Assembly (NCBI RefSeq): GCF_009914755.1
Contig: NC_060929.1
Length of the DNA stretch: 64,000 nt
Source of the DNA: the human T2T-CHM13v2.0 reference genome, Homo sapiens
Strand: one strand, 5' to 3'
In this document: one piece after another, positions 11,265-24,254 of the stretch
Layout of the letters: each line of letters begins with the position of its first letter
Position numbering within the stretch: the stretch's first letter is position 1
Notes under the pieces: generated by a model
Told to the model about the DNA's origin: nothing
Databases searched by the model: none
The model's input: only the letters and a program-made list of their open reading frames with translations
Position numbers and translations under genes: made by a program

Positions 11265-11807
11265 TTTGTTATCTTTTACTGCATAACACATTACTTCAAA
11301 ACTTAGTGGCTTAAAATAACACATATTTATCATCTCACAGTTTCTGTGGGTCAGGAATTTGGACATAATTTACATGGGTCCTCTGTGTGAAGATTTCTTA
11401 TGAGGCTTCACTGACGTTATCAGCTAGTGCTGAGATCTCATTTGACCTGGAAAGGATCCACTTCTAAGCTTACTTACATGGTTGATGGAAAGATTCAATT
11501 TCTCCAGGATCGTTAGAGGGAGGGTCTCATTAACTCCATGACTCACTCCTTAGAGGGGGCCACCCTAAGCTTCTTGCCAAATACAGCAATTTACTCCATA
11601 AAGGCCAGTGAGAAAGAAAGAGTTTGCAAACACAGTGGAAGCCATCATCTTATGTAATGTAATCAGGGTAGTAACAGTCTATTATTTTCGCCATCACTAA
11701 GATGTAACACACAGGTCCTCTCCAAAGTCAAGGGAAGAGAATTCCTACAGGGTGTGGATACAAAGAGGCAGCAACAATTGTGTCCGTCTTCCAAGCTGCC
11801 TGTCATA
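11265..11807 (-). mobile_element. MLT1 (E/F-like) LTR
   Basis: aaaacttagtggcttaaaataac...tctcacagtttctgtgggtcaggaattt...ggatccacttctaagctt...agggtgtggatacaaagaggcag. Confidence 0.75.
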
Positions 11808-13263
11808 AATGCGATAGATACCCGTCGGCTTGATTTGATCTTTGTAAGCACGTGAGATTTAATTTGTACTTTGTCTTCTGTCTCTCTTAGGACTTCTCAG
11901 TTTAATCTTTTACCAGTTAGTATTGAAAAGAAATTACCTCTTTAAAATGGTAAATTCTTGGTTTTTAGATCTCAATCATTCTCTTTCACTACCACTTTCT
12001 AACTGGCTAATTACTGTGCAGTATCTTGCCACTTCAGCCAACTGCATCCAGCACACACTCCTAACGATCTGTTTCCAGTCTCTTCCCTAAGGCTGCTGTC
12101 CCATAAAAGTTCAGAGCCAAGAGAGAGTAGGTGGAACAGCATCAGCTCTCTTTGCTCCTGGATCCAAATGTAGCCATCTCCTCTACTATCCCCACACAAG
12201 GTGATACACGACATTTCTCCAGTACTCCAGACGCGCAGCAAGAGGTAAATTCCGTAAAATTCCAGATTGTGACACTTCTCTGCGGAGTATATTCTACCAT
12301 CATCTTTTGAAGCCAACCATGAAGTGTCAGAGGAACCCCCTCTCAGCCCCACACAAGGAGGATATTCCTTTTTGATGCTATAATTCATTCAGAGGCAGGG
12401 AACCTTGCCCTAGAAAGCTGGTTATTACATCTCTTTTTATTATTCCAAATATGTAGCTTTTGGCATTAACCTTTGCACTTGAGAATTAAAAATCCCTTCT
12501 CTTCTCCTACCGTTTCATTCATAAAAATGTTTTGATTTTGAAAAACTGAGGACTCCAGTTTTATTGTGTGCTGGGATGTTTTCCTGGGTAAGTTCAACCT
12601 GCCTAAGCTGCTAGGATAGTTTGAAGAATGAAACAAGAAGATGAAAGAATTACTAGTACTGAAAAATAAAACATAAATTTGAAACATTGTCTCATTATGT
12701 GTGCTTTCTTTTATTTATGTTTCCCTTATCTCTTTGCTTTCTGTATTTTGCCTCATAGATTTTTTATGTGTCTTTAAATTATCTAGTGTTTTTGGAACTA
12801 TATATTCCATTTTCAATTCTACTGCTTTGTTATCTTTTAGTTTTTCAAAAACATTTTAAGCTTTCTTTTCCTATAATTTTCACCCTCTCTACTAAAAGCC
12901 ATTTTTAGGATTCTGTCTTGTTTTATCTTATATTCTTTTTATTTCACGTAGTTGCTCTTGATCTCCGTCCTCATCCTTTTTTTGCTCTACTAACTTGTAA
13001 CTCTTGATACATAAAGGCCATAACTTACTGCAATTATTAGAGAATACCATCTCCCAGATACTTTCTTCTGCATGTCACAATAGATCATCTCTTGAAGTAT
13101 GCTGTTCCTCTAATTAATCTTCATATTGTTTTTTGTTTTTTTGTTCTTCAATACTTGCTTGGCTCCGTGGTTTTATTTTTTCTTAATACTCATATTTGAA
13201 TAATGTGAGATAATGACACTGGGGTAAATATTTTTCATAGGTAAGAGTCAAAAGATTGCCTTT

Positions 13264-13427
13264 CTGCTTATCTGGCCGGGGAGATACCAGGATCACAAAA
13301 GTGGTTTTCACAGGGTGAGGCTTATCCATTATATTCCAGATATGCTGACCCCTGTGATTTCCCCAATTGTGGGAAACTTGACTGCATAATTTGTGGTAGT
13401 GGTGGACTGCATTCATAATCTCCCACA
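13264..13427 (+). pseudogene. U1 snRNA pseudogene, full length (~164 nt)
   Basis: Colinear with U1: cttatctggccggggagatacc...gaggcttatccatt...tgctgacccctg..atttcccca..tgtgggaaact.gactgcataatttgtggtagtgg. Sm site intact; 5' end, U1A loop and CpGs mutated. Confidence 0.96.
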
Positions 13428-13829
13428 GAGACTGTGATATCAATCTCTGATATTATGATATCACAGTTATCATAATTTATATGTCTGATATAAATTTTTA
13501 AAAGATTAAAAAAACCATTGCTTTCGGCCCTACTGTTTATGCTTCAATAAATACTTGAAAAGAAACTTGATATGTTCAACTCCAAGGGCAATTTTAGGTT
13601 TTAAACAGACTTTATATGATTGCTTACCTCTTCTATATGCTAAACCTTGCTCAGCATTATAGAATTTTATAGAATTACATGAAAAATTAGGATTTCTACC
13701 CTTTTCCTATACTATTGTAAACTTTTATGAAAAAGTTGTCTTCAGTGAGTAAAGTGTGATGACTAAACACCCTATCATTCTTAGTTTTTACCAAATTGTT
13801 ATTTAGAATTTATATCTTATCAAGGAAAA

Positions 13830-13831
<2 letters not shown>

Positions 13832-13867
<36 letters not shown>
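13832..13867. repeat. (GT)n microsatellite
   Basis: Direct reading. Confidence 0.95.
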
Positions 13868-13868
<1 letters not shown>

Positions 13869-16800
13869 ATGTTGGAGGGAGGTATACACATGTGTGTGTT
13901 GGGGTTGTAGCCTGAATTTAAATACAGAACATACCCCAAGGGAGAAGAGGAATTTATGCCACAGTTCAGATTTGTATATTCTCTGAATCAGGCAACAAAT
14001 GAGGGTTGAATGCATGTCTATCAATATTGTTTTCTGGATTACCTAGTGTAGTTGTATGAAGCTGAATATATTATTGCCTAATGGACTTAGGTCTCAATAG
14101 TATTTTTTTTTCCTTCAATTAAATTTCATCAGTCCTATATTTTTTTAAGTTCCTACAAGATTTTTGGCTTGTCTTTCAGCACTAATTTCAAGTTATTGAT
14201 GTTTTAAATCTTTTTTGTGTCTTCCCAGTTATTTTGTGAGGAAGTGGAAGAGGATAACAAAGGCTCTTAATGAAGCCATTAAGCCTGCTTTCCCATGTAT
14301 AATTATATGATTATATTTAAAATTATATTTATCTTCCTACTTACAACCCTACATTTTAAAAATAAAAAGTTTAGAATAATAAAAGTACATATTAGATACC
14401 TGAAAAATACCTTTGTAGAATGAATTGAAAATTCACAAAAGTCACATAGCAATGGGGCTACTGCCCACTTAAAATACTTAAATCAATCAAGAACAGTAGA
14501 ATTAACTTGTTTCCGATCAGGCTTTGGCTCAAATATCAATGATAGTGTGCTTCAGGAAAACAGAAAGATGTAGTGTTAATACTAAAACAAATAATGTCAA
14601 TACAATTGAAATGTGAATGACTGTGCAACATTAATTGGATTTATCTTCTATAAAATACATGAAAAATATTGGTAAAATTACATGATATTTCATAAACATA
14701 AAAGGTAACTCAAAAAGAGATGCATGTCTAACATATTCTTGGTTTCAATGATATTTTTGAATCATTTCCAATGCATGATTAATTATGGCAAAAATAAGTA
14801 AGCTTGGAGAGTAATTGAATCAGAACCTGTCTTCTAGATGTTTTGCTATCATACTTTGAATACTGAATATATATTTATATGGTTTTTGCTGCAATAATGA
14901 GATAATGGGTCACCTATTTTATTTTTTGTCTAAAATCAGCAAATAATAGACAGCCAAAATAAAGAATCCCCAAACAACGTATTAAGGGTGTCAAGGGATC
15001 TATACTTCAGAAGTTAAACTGTAGTAAAGATTTTCCTTTACTTATTTCATATCCACCACTTAAAGATATATATGACAATACACATCTTTCCAAGTAAGGT
15101 AATTTGGAATCATATGAGTAGAATATACCTCTTCCTAAATATCTTCTTGCAAAAATTTCCAAAAAAAATCATTGAAAATTTCTTTTGGAAAAGTATTGCT
15201 TGAGAAATACAGCTCCCCTGAATCCTATTTCTTCAAACAGCCTTGCCATTGTACCAGATGGAGAGAGATAACACATGTAATTTAGCAGTGTCAGGCTAAC
15301 ACCTCAATGTGTTTTTACAAAAATGGAAATCTTGCCCTCCCAGAAGACAGTAATAAATAACAGAAAAATTCAAAATAAGAATGATTAGGAAGCTCTTTTT
15401 ATTGTAATTCTTTCTAAATTTGTATTTAAATTAAATTGCACATGTTATAATATATATGAAATAATTTTATATTTAAATTATATCTACAATTTAGAGATAC
15501 AGTATTTAAGGATGCACTACAGTATTCCTATGTGCAGCAGCCAATTATGCTTGTTGCAATATAAAAGAATATTAACTTCTCATATATTATTGTAGCTAAC
15601 AGAGTGCATTATTTTTTGACAAATGTGATATATTGTAATGGTTTCTGAGTGCCTCAAAATGAATATTCCATCAAAAAATTTTAAATTTTTATTCATTCAA
15701 GTATGAATTAATATGTACTATATTTTATTGGCCTTTTTGGGAACAGGTATGTATTTCTGCACTTACCTGAAATTTAATGTTGGCAATAAGACATGATATT
15801 GTGGTAGAAGTTGACAATAAATATCCTCTGTAGCCAACTGGATTTTGACACACAATTAAGGAGAACCTCACAGTGTAATTTCCACATAGATCAATAACAT
15901 TAGATTTTCCACACAGTTCAGCCTCTGCTGATATAAATGAAGGCCTCATTTTAAATTAGTTCAGGTAAAATGGGATTGCTCAAGCAACATTTAGAAAAAA
16001 TATCTTTCCTTAGCCAAATTGAAGTCTTCACATAAGAAAGATAAATATTTATGTATTAATTTGATCATAGATTAAAAAGAATTATTTTCACACAGATGGC
16101 TTATTTTACAAGAAAGGATAACTTTATAACATAAACTGATAGATTGGTGGAAGTTGTTCACTGACAGCAATGTACTTGGCTAATAGATAAAGTCTAGCTT
16201 TTTTGTCACCATGAATTCATTTATACATTGAAAAATCATCTAGGGACAAGGCATGAAGAAAGGATACAATGGGCCTATTCTAACAATAGATTCGATTTCT
16301 TTATTTTTGTGTCTCCATATTGTCACCAAATTCTCCTCTGAATCATATTTTATCTGTCTAAATTATACTTTTTTACTCAGATCCCACTTTATCTCCTCTA
16401 TTCATTTCAGAGGCTCAGAGGGGAAAGGGGACAATTTGGTCATAAAATGGAGCCTTTTCAATTGGGCTATGTGACAATAACCTGGTATTATTGGAGAAAA
16501 AAAATGTTCTTGTAACCATTAGTTTGCAGTCCTAGAAGACTGAGTAAAAATCAACCATCACTTTTTTTTTAATGGATATTTTGACTGGATGAAAATGTCC
16601 TTTGTTATATGGTGCAAATTCCTGAGAACAATTTGATGAACCACTTCTCATTGCACAAGTCTTGTTCTTACCAAGAAGTTAATAATATTTATTCTTATGT
16701 AAAGCAAGAATTAAGTTCCAAAAATGTCTCCAGATTTTACTAGGACTGTAAACTTCTGGAGAGCAGGAATTCTGTATGACTGGTTTTTACACTCAACAGT

Positions 16801-17029
16801 ATCAAGCACAATACTTTGCAGGTAAATATTAGATCACTTGATATATTTCTACCTTAAAATATTAAGTAACTTTTCTACCTTAAAATATTAAGTCTATTAA
16901 TTTGGACATTCATACTTTCCTTCTTGGTGGAGATAATTATTCTACTGAAAAAAATTTTAAGGCAGAGAATATTATCAGTCACTTTCAAAAACAGGAAGGT
17001 TTAGGTTAAAAACAAATCTTAACAGACTG

Positions 17030-17331
17030 CATCACATCATACATACATGAGACAAATGCCTTAGACTACGTGTAATGAAAGATCCTTCTAAAAAAATTTC
17101 CAATTCAATTACGTAAAATTAAATTAAAAAGTTATAGTATAAATGCAAATTAAAATATCAAATACATACAGAATACAATATCCAATTTTTTATTATTAGA
17201 TTCTACAGACTTTTTTTAAGTTTCTGTAAAATTTTCTAAATGCATACTCTGTACATATTTATTTCATCATGGACAAGTAACAAGGAGATCACAGGTGACA
17301 CCAATCCCCTGACCACGCTTTGAGAAGCACT
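17030..17331. mobile_element. hAT-Charlie-type DNA transposon remnant
   Basis: Ends gaccacgctttgagaagcactg, a Charlie/MER5-type terminal repeat. Left boundary uncertain. Confidence 0.5.
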
Positions 17332-17499
17332 GTACTAGATTGACTTTCTAATGTCAGTCTTCATTTTCTAGCTCTGTTACAGCCATGGTCTCCATATTAT
17401 CTAGTACAACACACATACAAATATGTGTGATACAGTATAAATATAATATAAAAATATGTGTTATAATATAAATATAATATTAAAATATGTCTTTATACT

Positions 17500-17556
17500 A
17501 GATAATAATACTTAATAACGTTGAGTGTTTAACTGCTCTAAGCACTTTACCTGCAG
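17500..17556 (-). mobile_element. MIR fragment, continued at 25655-25820 on the other side of the L1
   Basis: taataatacttaataacgttgagtgtttaactgctctaagcactttac matches the MIR 3' end in reverse. Confidence 0.55.
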
Positions 17557-18605
17557 GAAACAGTTTTTTTTTTATTTTGGTGAAATACAACTAACATAAA
17601 TTTATTTACAATTTTAAGCATTTTTAAGTGTATAGTTTAGTGGAGTTAATATATTCAAAATGTTGTGCAGCCGTCACCATCATCAGTCTTCATAACTCTT
17701 TTCATATTGTAAAACTAAAAGTTTATGCTCATTTAAAAATGACTCCCAATTTCCCCCCTCCTCAACCTCTGGAAACTACCATTCTATTTTCTGCCTCCGT
17801 AGTTTTGCCCACTCTAAGTACCTCACATAAGTGGAATTTGTCTTATTTGCCTGTTTGTGACCGGCTGATTTCATTTAGTATAATGTCCTCAAGTTTTATT
17901 CACGTTATATAGCATATGTCATAATTTTCTTCACTTTTAAGCTTGAGTAATATTTCATCGTATGTATCTCACATTTTGCTTATCCATTCATCTCTCAGTG
18001 GACACTTGAGTTGCTTCTACATTTTAGCTGTTGTGAATACTGCTGCTATGAACATGGGTGTATAAATATCTCAAGACCTTTTTATCAGTTTTTTAAAATA
18101 TATACTCAGTAGTAGTTTAGCTGGATTATATGGTAATTTTATTTTTAATTTTTGAGGAACTGTCCTACCCTTTTATTCAATAGTAGCTATACCAATTGAC
18201 AATTGGCATTCCTACCAACAGGGCATAAGGGTTCTCAATTCTCCACATATTCCCTGATACTTGTTATTTTCAGGTGTTTTTTTTTTTTTTTTTTTTTTTT
18301 ATGGGAGCCATGTTAATGGGTGTAAGGTGATATTTCATTATAGTTTTGATTTGCATTTCCCTAATGATTAGTGATGTTAAGCATCTCTTCATGTGCCTAT
18401 TGGCCATTTGTATATCTTCTTTAAAAATATATATATACTCATTCCTTTGCCCATTTTTGAATTATGTTTATTTTTTGTTATTGAGTTTCAATAATTTTCT
18501 ATATAACCTAGGTATTAATCCTTTATCAGACTTAAGATTTGCAAATATTCTCTTTCATTCCACAGGTTGCTAATTCTCTCTGTTGGTAATATCTTTTGAT
18601 GCTGT

Positions 18606-19480
18606 TGTGTCCAGAATTGATTCATTCCTGTGGGTTCTTGGTCTCACTGACTTCAAGAATAAAGCTGCGGACCCTAGTGGTGAGTGTTACACTTCTTATA
18701 GATGGTGTTTCCGGAGTTTGTTCCTTCAGATGTGTCCAGAGTTTCTTCCTTCCAATGGGTTCATGGTCTTGCTGACTTCAGGAATGAAGCCGCAGACCTT
18801 CGCAGTGAGGTTTACAGCTCTTAAAGGTGGCGTGTCCAGAGTTGTTTGTTCCCCCTGGTGGGTTCGTGGTCTTGCTGACTTCAGGAATGAAGCCGCAGAC
18901 CCTCGCAGTGAGTGTTACAGCTCATAAAGGTAGTGCGGACACAGAGTGAGCTGCAGCAAGATTTACTGTGAAGAGCAAAAGAACAAAGCTTCCACAGCAT
19001 AGAAGGACACCCCAGCGGGTTCCTGCTGCTGGCTCAGGTGGCCAGTTATTATTCCCTTATTTGGCCCTGCCCACATCCTGCTGATTGGTCCATTTTACAG
19101 AGTACTGATTGGTCCATTTTACAGAGTGCTGATTGGTGCATTTACAATCCTTTAGCTAGACACAGAGTGCTGATTGCTGCATTCTTACAGAGTGCTGATT
19201 GGTGCATTTACAGTCCTTTAGCTAGATACAGAACGCTGATTGCTGCGTTTTTTACAGAGTGCTGATTGGTGCATTTACAATCCTTTAGCTAGACACAGTG
19301 CTGATTGGTGGGTTTTTACAGAGTGCTGATTGGTGCGTCTTTACAGAGTGCTGATTGGTGCATTTACAATCCTTTAGCTAGACACAGAGTGCTGATTGGT
19401 GCGTTTATAATCCTCTAGCTAGACAGAAAAGTTTTCCAAGTCCCCACCTGACCGAGAAGCCCCACTGGCTTCACCTCTCA
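18606..19480 (-). mobile_element. LTR12 (HERV9) solo LTR, short type
   Basis: Termini tgtgtccagaatt...ggcttcacctctca; duplicated U5 units (gacttcaggaatgaagccgcagacc); gctgattggtg array; 4-bp TSD ctgt at 18602-18605 and 19481-19484. Confidence 0.96.
19078..19420 (-). promoter_or_regulatory. LTR12 U3 tandem CCAAT (NF-Y) array
   Basis: Nine intact gattgg (CCAATC on the minus strand) and two mutated gattgc units. The NF-Y-dependent promoter/enhancer role of ERV9 LTRs is established; activity of this copy is untested. Confidence 0.7.
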
Positions 19481-19481
19481 C

Positions 19482-19894
19482 TGTTATACTTTGGACATTT
19501 GTCCCCCCAAAATCTCATGTTGAAATGTAACCCCTAATGTTGGAAATGAGGCCAGACTGGATGTGGCTGGGCCATGGGGATCTATCCGTCATGAAAGACT
19601 TAGTGCCCTCTCCACAGTAATGAGTGAGTTTCCACTCTATAAGTTCATGTAAGAGCTGGTTGTTTAAAAGAACCTGGCATCTCCCTTTTGCTCCCTCTCT
19701 CTTGCCATGTGATGTGCCTGCTCCCCATTTGCCTTCTGCCATGATTGAAAGTTTCCTGAGGCCTCACTAGAAGCAAATGCTGGTGCCGTACTTCTTGTAC
19801 AGCCTGCAAAACTGTGAGTGAAATAAACCTCTCATCTTTATAAATTTCCCAGCCTCAGCTATTTCTTTATAACAACATAAAACAGATTAACACA
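19482..19894 (+). mobile_element. MST (MSTB-like) MaLR solo LTR
   Basis: tgttatactttggacatttgtcccc...ctgccatgattgaaagtttcctgaggcctcactagaagc...acagattaacaca; 5-bp TSD gatgc at 18598-18602 and 19895-19899. Confidence 0.92.
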
Positions 19895-22800
19895 GATGCA
19901 CAATTTTTAAAAATTTTATAAGAAAAAATTTGTCTCTTTTTTCTTGTGTTATCTGTGCCTTTGGTATCATATCTAAGAAAACACTGACAAATCTAATGTA
20001 GTAAATCTTTTGCCCTATATTTTCTAGTAAGTTTTTTTTTAGTTTTAGGTCTTACGTATATACTTTTGATCTATTTTGAGTTAATTCTTGTACATGGCTT
20101 TAGATAAAGATCTATCTCCATTCTTTTGTATGAGCATATCTGATTTTCCCAGCACTATTTTTTGAAAAGACGGCCTTTTCCCTATTGCGTGGTTGGCAAC
20201 CTTGCAAAAGATTATTTGACCATATATATGAGGCTTTATTTCTGAGCTTTCTATTCTATTCCGTCTGTCTATATGTCTGTCTCTATGCAGTACCACACTG
20301 TATTGATTACTGTGGATTTGTAGTGAGTTATAAAATCTGGAAGTATGAGTTTTCCACACTTCTTTTTCAAAATTGATTTGGATATTTGGCATCACTTGAG
20401 ATTCCACTTGAATTTTAGGATTTTTTTTCTATTTCTACAAAAAACATCATTGAGATTTGTATAGAGATTACATTGAATCTATAGATTGCTTTGAGTAGCA
20501 CTGCTATCTTACTAATATTACGTCTTCTAATTCATGAACATAAAATGTGTTTTCATTTATGTTTTCATTTATTTCTTTCAGCAATGTTTTGTAGTTTTCA
20601 TTGTGCAAGTCTTTTACCTCTTTAAGTTGTCAAATATTTTACAGTTTTTGATGTTATTGTAAATAAAATTGCTTAATAATTTCTCTTTCAGATTGTTCAT
20701 TGTCAGCATATAGAAATGCAATTGATTTTCACTTGTTTGTTTTGCATCCTACTATTTTGCCGAATTTATTTATTAGTTTTCAAGTTTTTTTGTGTGTGTG
20801 GACATGTAAGTTTATATACTCTGTGAATGGTGATAATTTTACTTCTTCCTTTGTAATTTGTTTGCCTTTTATATGTTTTTCTCGTCTGATTGCTCTGGCT
20901 AGAATGTCCAGTGATAACTATGTTGACTAAAAATGGTAAAAGTGGTTATCCTTGCCTGGTTCTTCATCTTGGGGGAAAAACTTTTAGTCTTTTACTGTTG
21001 TGATGTTTACTGCAGGTTTTTAACATATGCCTTTAATTATGTTGAGATATTTCAGTCTATTCTTATTTTGTTGAGAATTTTTATCATGAAAGGATGTTGA
21101 ATTTTCTTGAAAGCTTTTTCTGTGTCAATTGAAATAATTATGTGTTTTTTTCTTTATTCCATTAATATTGTATATTACATTGATCAATTTTTGTATGTTG
21201 AATTATCCTTGCATTCCAGGAATAAATTCTACTTGCTCATTGTGTATAAAACTTTCAATATACTGCTGAATTTGATTTTCTGTTTTTTTTGTTGAGAAAT
21301 TTTAGGTAAATGCTCATAAGGAAAATTGATCTGTAGTTTTCTTGTAGTAATTTCATCTGACTGGTATTAAGATAATGTTGGCCTTATAGAATGAGTTTGG
21401 AAGTATTACCTCCTATTCAATTTTTAGAAAAGTTTGAGATGGACTGGTTTAATTCTTTAAATGTTTGGTAGAATCATCAGTGAAACTATCACATCTAGGA
21501 CTTTGCCTGAAAATCTTTGATTGTTGATTCAATCTCCTTACCAATTGCAGGTATATTCAGATTTCCCATTTCCTTGTAATTTAGTCTTGGTAGATATTGC
21601 ACTTCTAGAAATTTTTTGTTTCATCTAGGCTATCTAATTTGTTGGTGCACAATTGTTCATAGTACTTTTTAAATAATACTTTTTATTCCTGTAGAATCGG
21701 TAGAAATGTCTCCACTTTCTTTTCTGATGTTATTAATAGGATTTTGTTTTTTTCTTTGTACGTCTAGCTAAAATTTTATCAATTTTCTTGGTCTTTTTAA
21801 AAAATTACCTTTTTGTTTCATTAATCTTTAAATTGATTTTCTATTCCCCATTTTTAAAATATTTGCTCTAATCTCTGATTTTTTCTTTCTCCAGCTTGCT
21901 TTGGATTTAGTTTGCTCTTCTTTTTCTAATTCCTTAAATTGTTAAGTTAGGTTATTGACTTGGGATCTGTCTTGTTTTTTAATGTTACCATTTATAGCCA
22001 CAGAATTCCCCCTTAGCACTGGTTTTAGTGCATCCATAAATTTTGATATATTCTGTTTTTGTTTTCGTTTGTCTCCAAGAATTTTCTAATTACCCTTGTA
22101 ATTTCTTCTTTATTTCATTAATTGTTTTAAAATATGTTGTTTCATTTTTAATAATTTGTGAATTTTCCATTTTTTCTGTTATTGACTTCTAACTTCATCT
22201 CACTGTGGTCATAAAATATCATATCTACATTTTCATCTATTAAGACATAATTTCAGGCCTAACATATGGCCTATTCTGGAAAATGTTCCATGTTTACTTG
22301 AGAAAAATGTGTATGCCATTGTTCATGGGTAGAATGTTCTGTATATGTCTGTTAGATTTAGTTGGTCTGTTGCATTATTTAAGTCTTCTATTTCCTTATT
22401 TTTGTCTGATTGTTTTATACTTCAGTGAGAGGAGGGTACTGAAGTCTCCAAATACTATTGTTTACCTGTCTATTTCTCTCTTCAGTTTTGTCAGTTTTTG
22501 CTTCATGTATTTTGATAATCTGTGATTAGGCATGTAAATATTTGTGATTAGTATAATTGTATTTATTATAATTATACATAATTATAATTATAATTATAAT
22601 TATTTATTGTTGCTGTATTGGATCTTTTATTAATATGCAATATTTATCACTTGTACATTTTTTGATTTAAAGTTTATTTTGTTTATTAGTATAGCTGATA
22701 TACTTTGATATAGTAAATATCAAAGTTTATTTTCGATATTAGTATAGCTGCTCCTGATCTATTTTGTTTGCTATTTGACTGAAATATCTTTTTCCATCCT

Positions 22801-23768
22801 TTTTACTGTCAATCTATTTGTGTTTTTGGCTCTCAAATTAGTCTCTGGTAAACAGCATGTAGTTGGATTATGTGTTTTCTTTAATCCATTATGCATATCC
22901 CTGTCTTTTGATTAGATAATTTAATACATTTACATTTAAAGTAATTACTGATAAAAAGAGACTTCTGTCATAGCTTTCTGTTTCTAAATATCTTGTAGGT
23001 TTTTGGCTTTCATTTCTTACATTACAAATTTTGTATTTATCTGAAATTTTTGTAGTGAACTGTTTGCATTTCTTTCTTATTTTCCTTTTTGTATATTCTG
23101 TAGCTATTTTCCTTGTTGTTACCATAAAGATTATATTTACCTGCATAAATTTATGTCAGATTAATTCAAATAACATATAAATACTGTTTCTCTGTCCCAA
23201 CCCTTTCAGTTGTTGATATCATAAAATTATGCTTTTAGAGATTGTGTGCCCAAAAACAAAGTAATAAGTATTTTAAAAGTCTTTTGAATTATGTAGAAAA
23301 ACATGTGGAGTTCTAATTAAAGTTGTATTAATACCACCTGTTAGACAAGAAAATATTTTTTAAAATGTATATGTTTCTTAAGTCATGTGCATTAAAAAAG
23401 TAGAGTTATAAGCCTTTGTTAGAATAACGCTAGCTTTTATAATTGCCATATATTTCCCTTTATTGAAACATTTATTTCTTTAAATGGCTTTGAGTTATTG
23501 CATAGTCTTCTTTCATTTCATCCTCCAAGATTCCCTTGAGAATTCCGGGCATTTTAAGTCTCAGAGAAATAGACTCCCTCAGATTTTCTTTATCTGAGGA
23601 TGTCTAAGTGCTCCCTCAGTTTTGAAGGACAGTTTTGCCAGATACCAAATTCTTGTTTGACAGTTTTTGTTTTGTTTTGTTTTATTTTGGCCCTTTTAAT
23701 ATATAAGTCCACTGACTTCTTGGACCTGAAGTGTCTGATGAGGAATCTTCTGATAAACTTCTGATAAA

Positions 23769-24254
23769 CTTATTGCTGCATTTGATCACAGAGGTGCCAA
23801 CAAAGATGTAGGTGCTTATTGCTTTTGCACATCCCTCCATTGTTAAAGCCCCTCCCTTCTGCTAACATTACTTTCAGGAGATTTAGAGAGCCAGTACTTT
23901 TCCCTACTTCCATTATTCTCTTTTATTCTTTTTTGTGTATGAGACATTAAAGATTGGGCCATTCAGAAAGCAACTGCATATATAGGAAAAAAAAATTAAA
24001 AGGGAAAAGTTCAGGCTCAGAAAAAAACCTGATAATACCTTAAGTTTAGATGTTAGTCTGATCCTGAGCACAGGGAAAACTTCAACAGTTAAGAAAAATA
24101 GAAAGCAATAAACAAATAAACAAAAATAACAAAAAACGGCAAACCTTAGGAAGGGGGAAAATATGATTTCTAGAAATACCAGATTATTTGATTGAAATGT
24201 CCAGTTTTCAACAAAAAATTACAAAGCATACCAAGAAAGAGGAAAATACGGCCC
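23769..24254 (+). repeat. ~490-bp inverted copy of 24879-25372 inserted within the same L1
   Basis: For example cacatccctccattgttaaagcccctcccttctgctaacattactt is the reverse complement of aagtaatgttagcagaagggaggggctttaacaatggagggatgtg; colinear over the whole length. Confidence 0.93.

Noticed and set aside
12011-12388. 125-aa minus-strand ORF in a GC-richer block
   Set aside because: No recognisable protein or exon structure; it lies next to MLT1 LTR sequence and is probably MaLR-internal or chance.
13200-13460. U1 copy as a functional variant U1 gene
   Set aside because: The 5' pairing end, U1A loop and stem-loop IV are mutated, CpGs are decayed, and I recognise no PSE or 3' box.
16846-16893. 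22-bp perfect repeat with 26-bp period
   Set aside because: Ordinary slippage duplication in AT-rich DNA.
19078-19420. Regularly spaced repeats resembling a CRISPR array
   Set aside because: No unique spacers; it is the U3 tandem array of LTR12 in human DNA.
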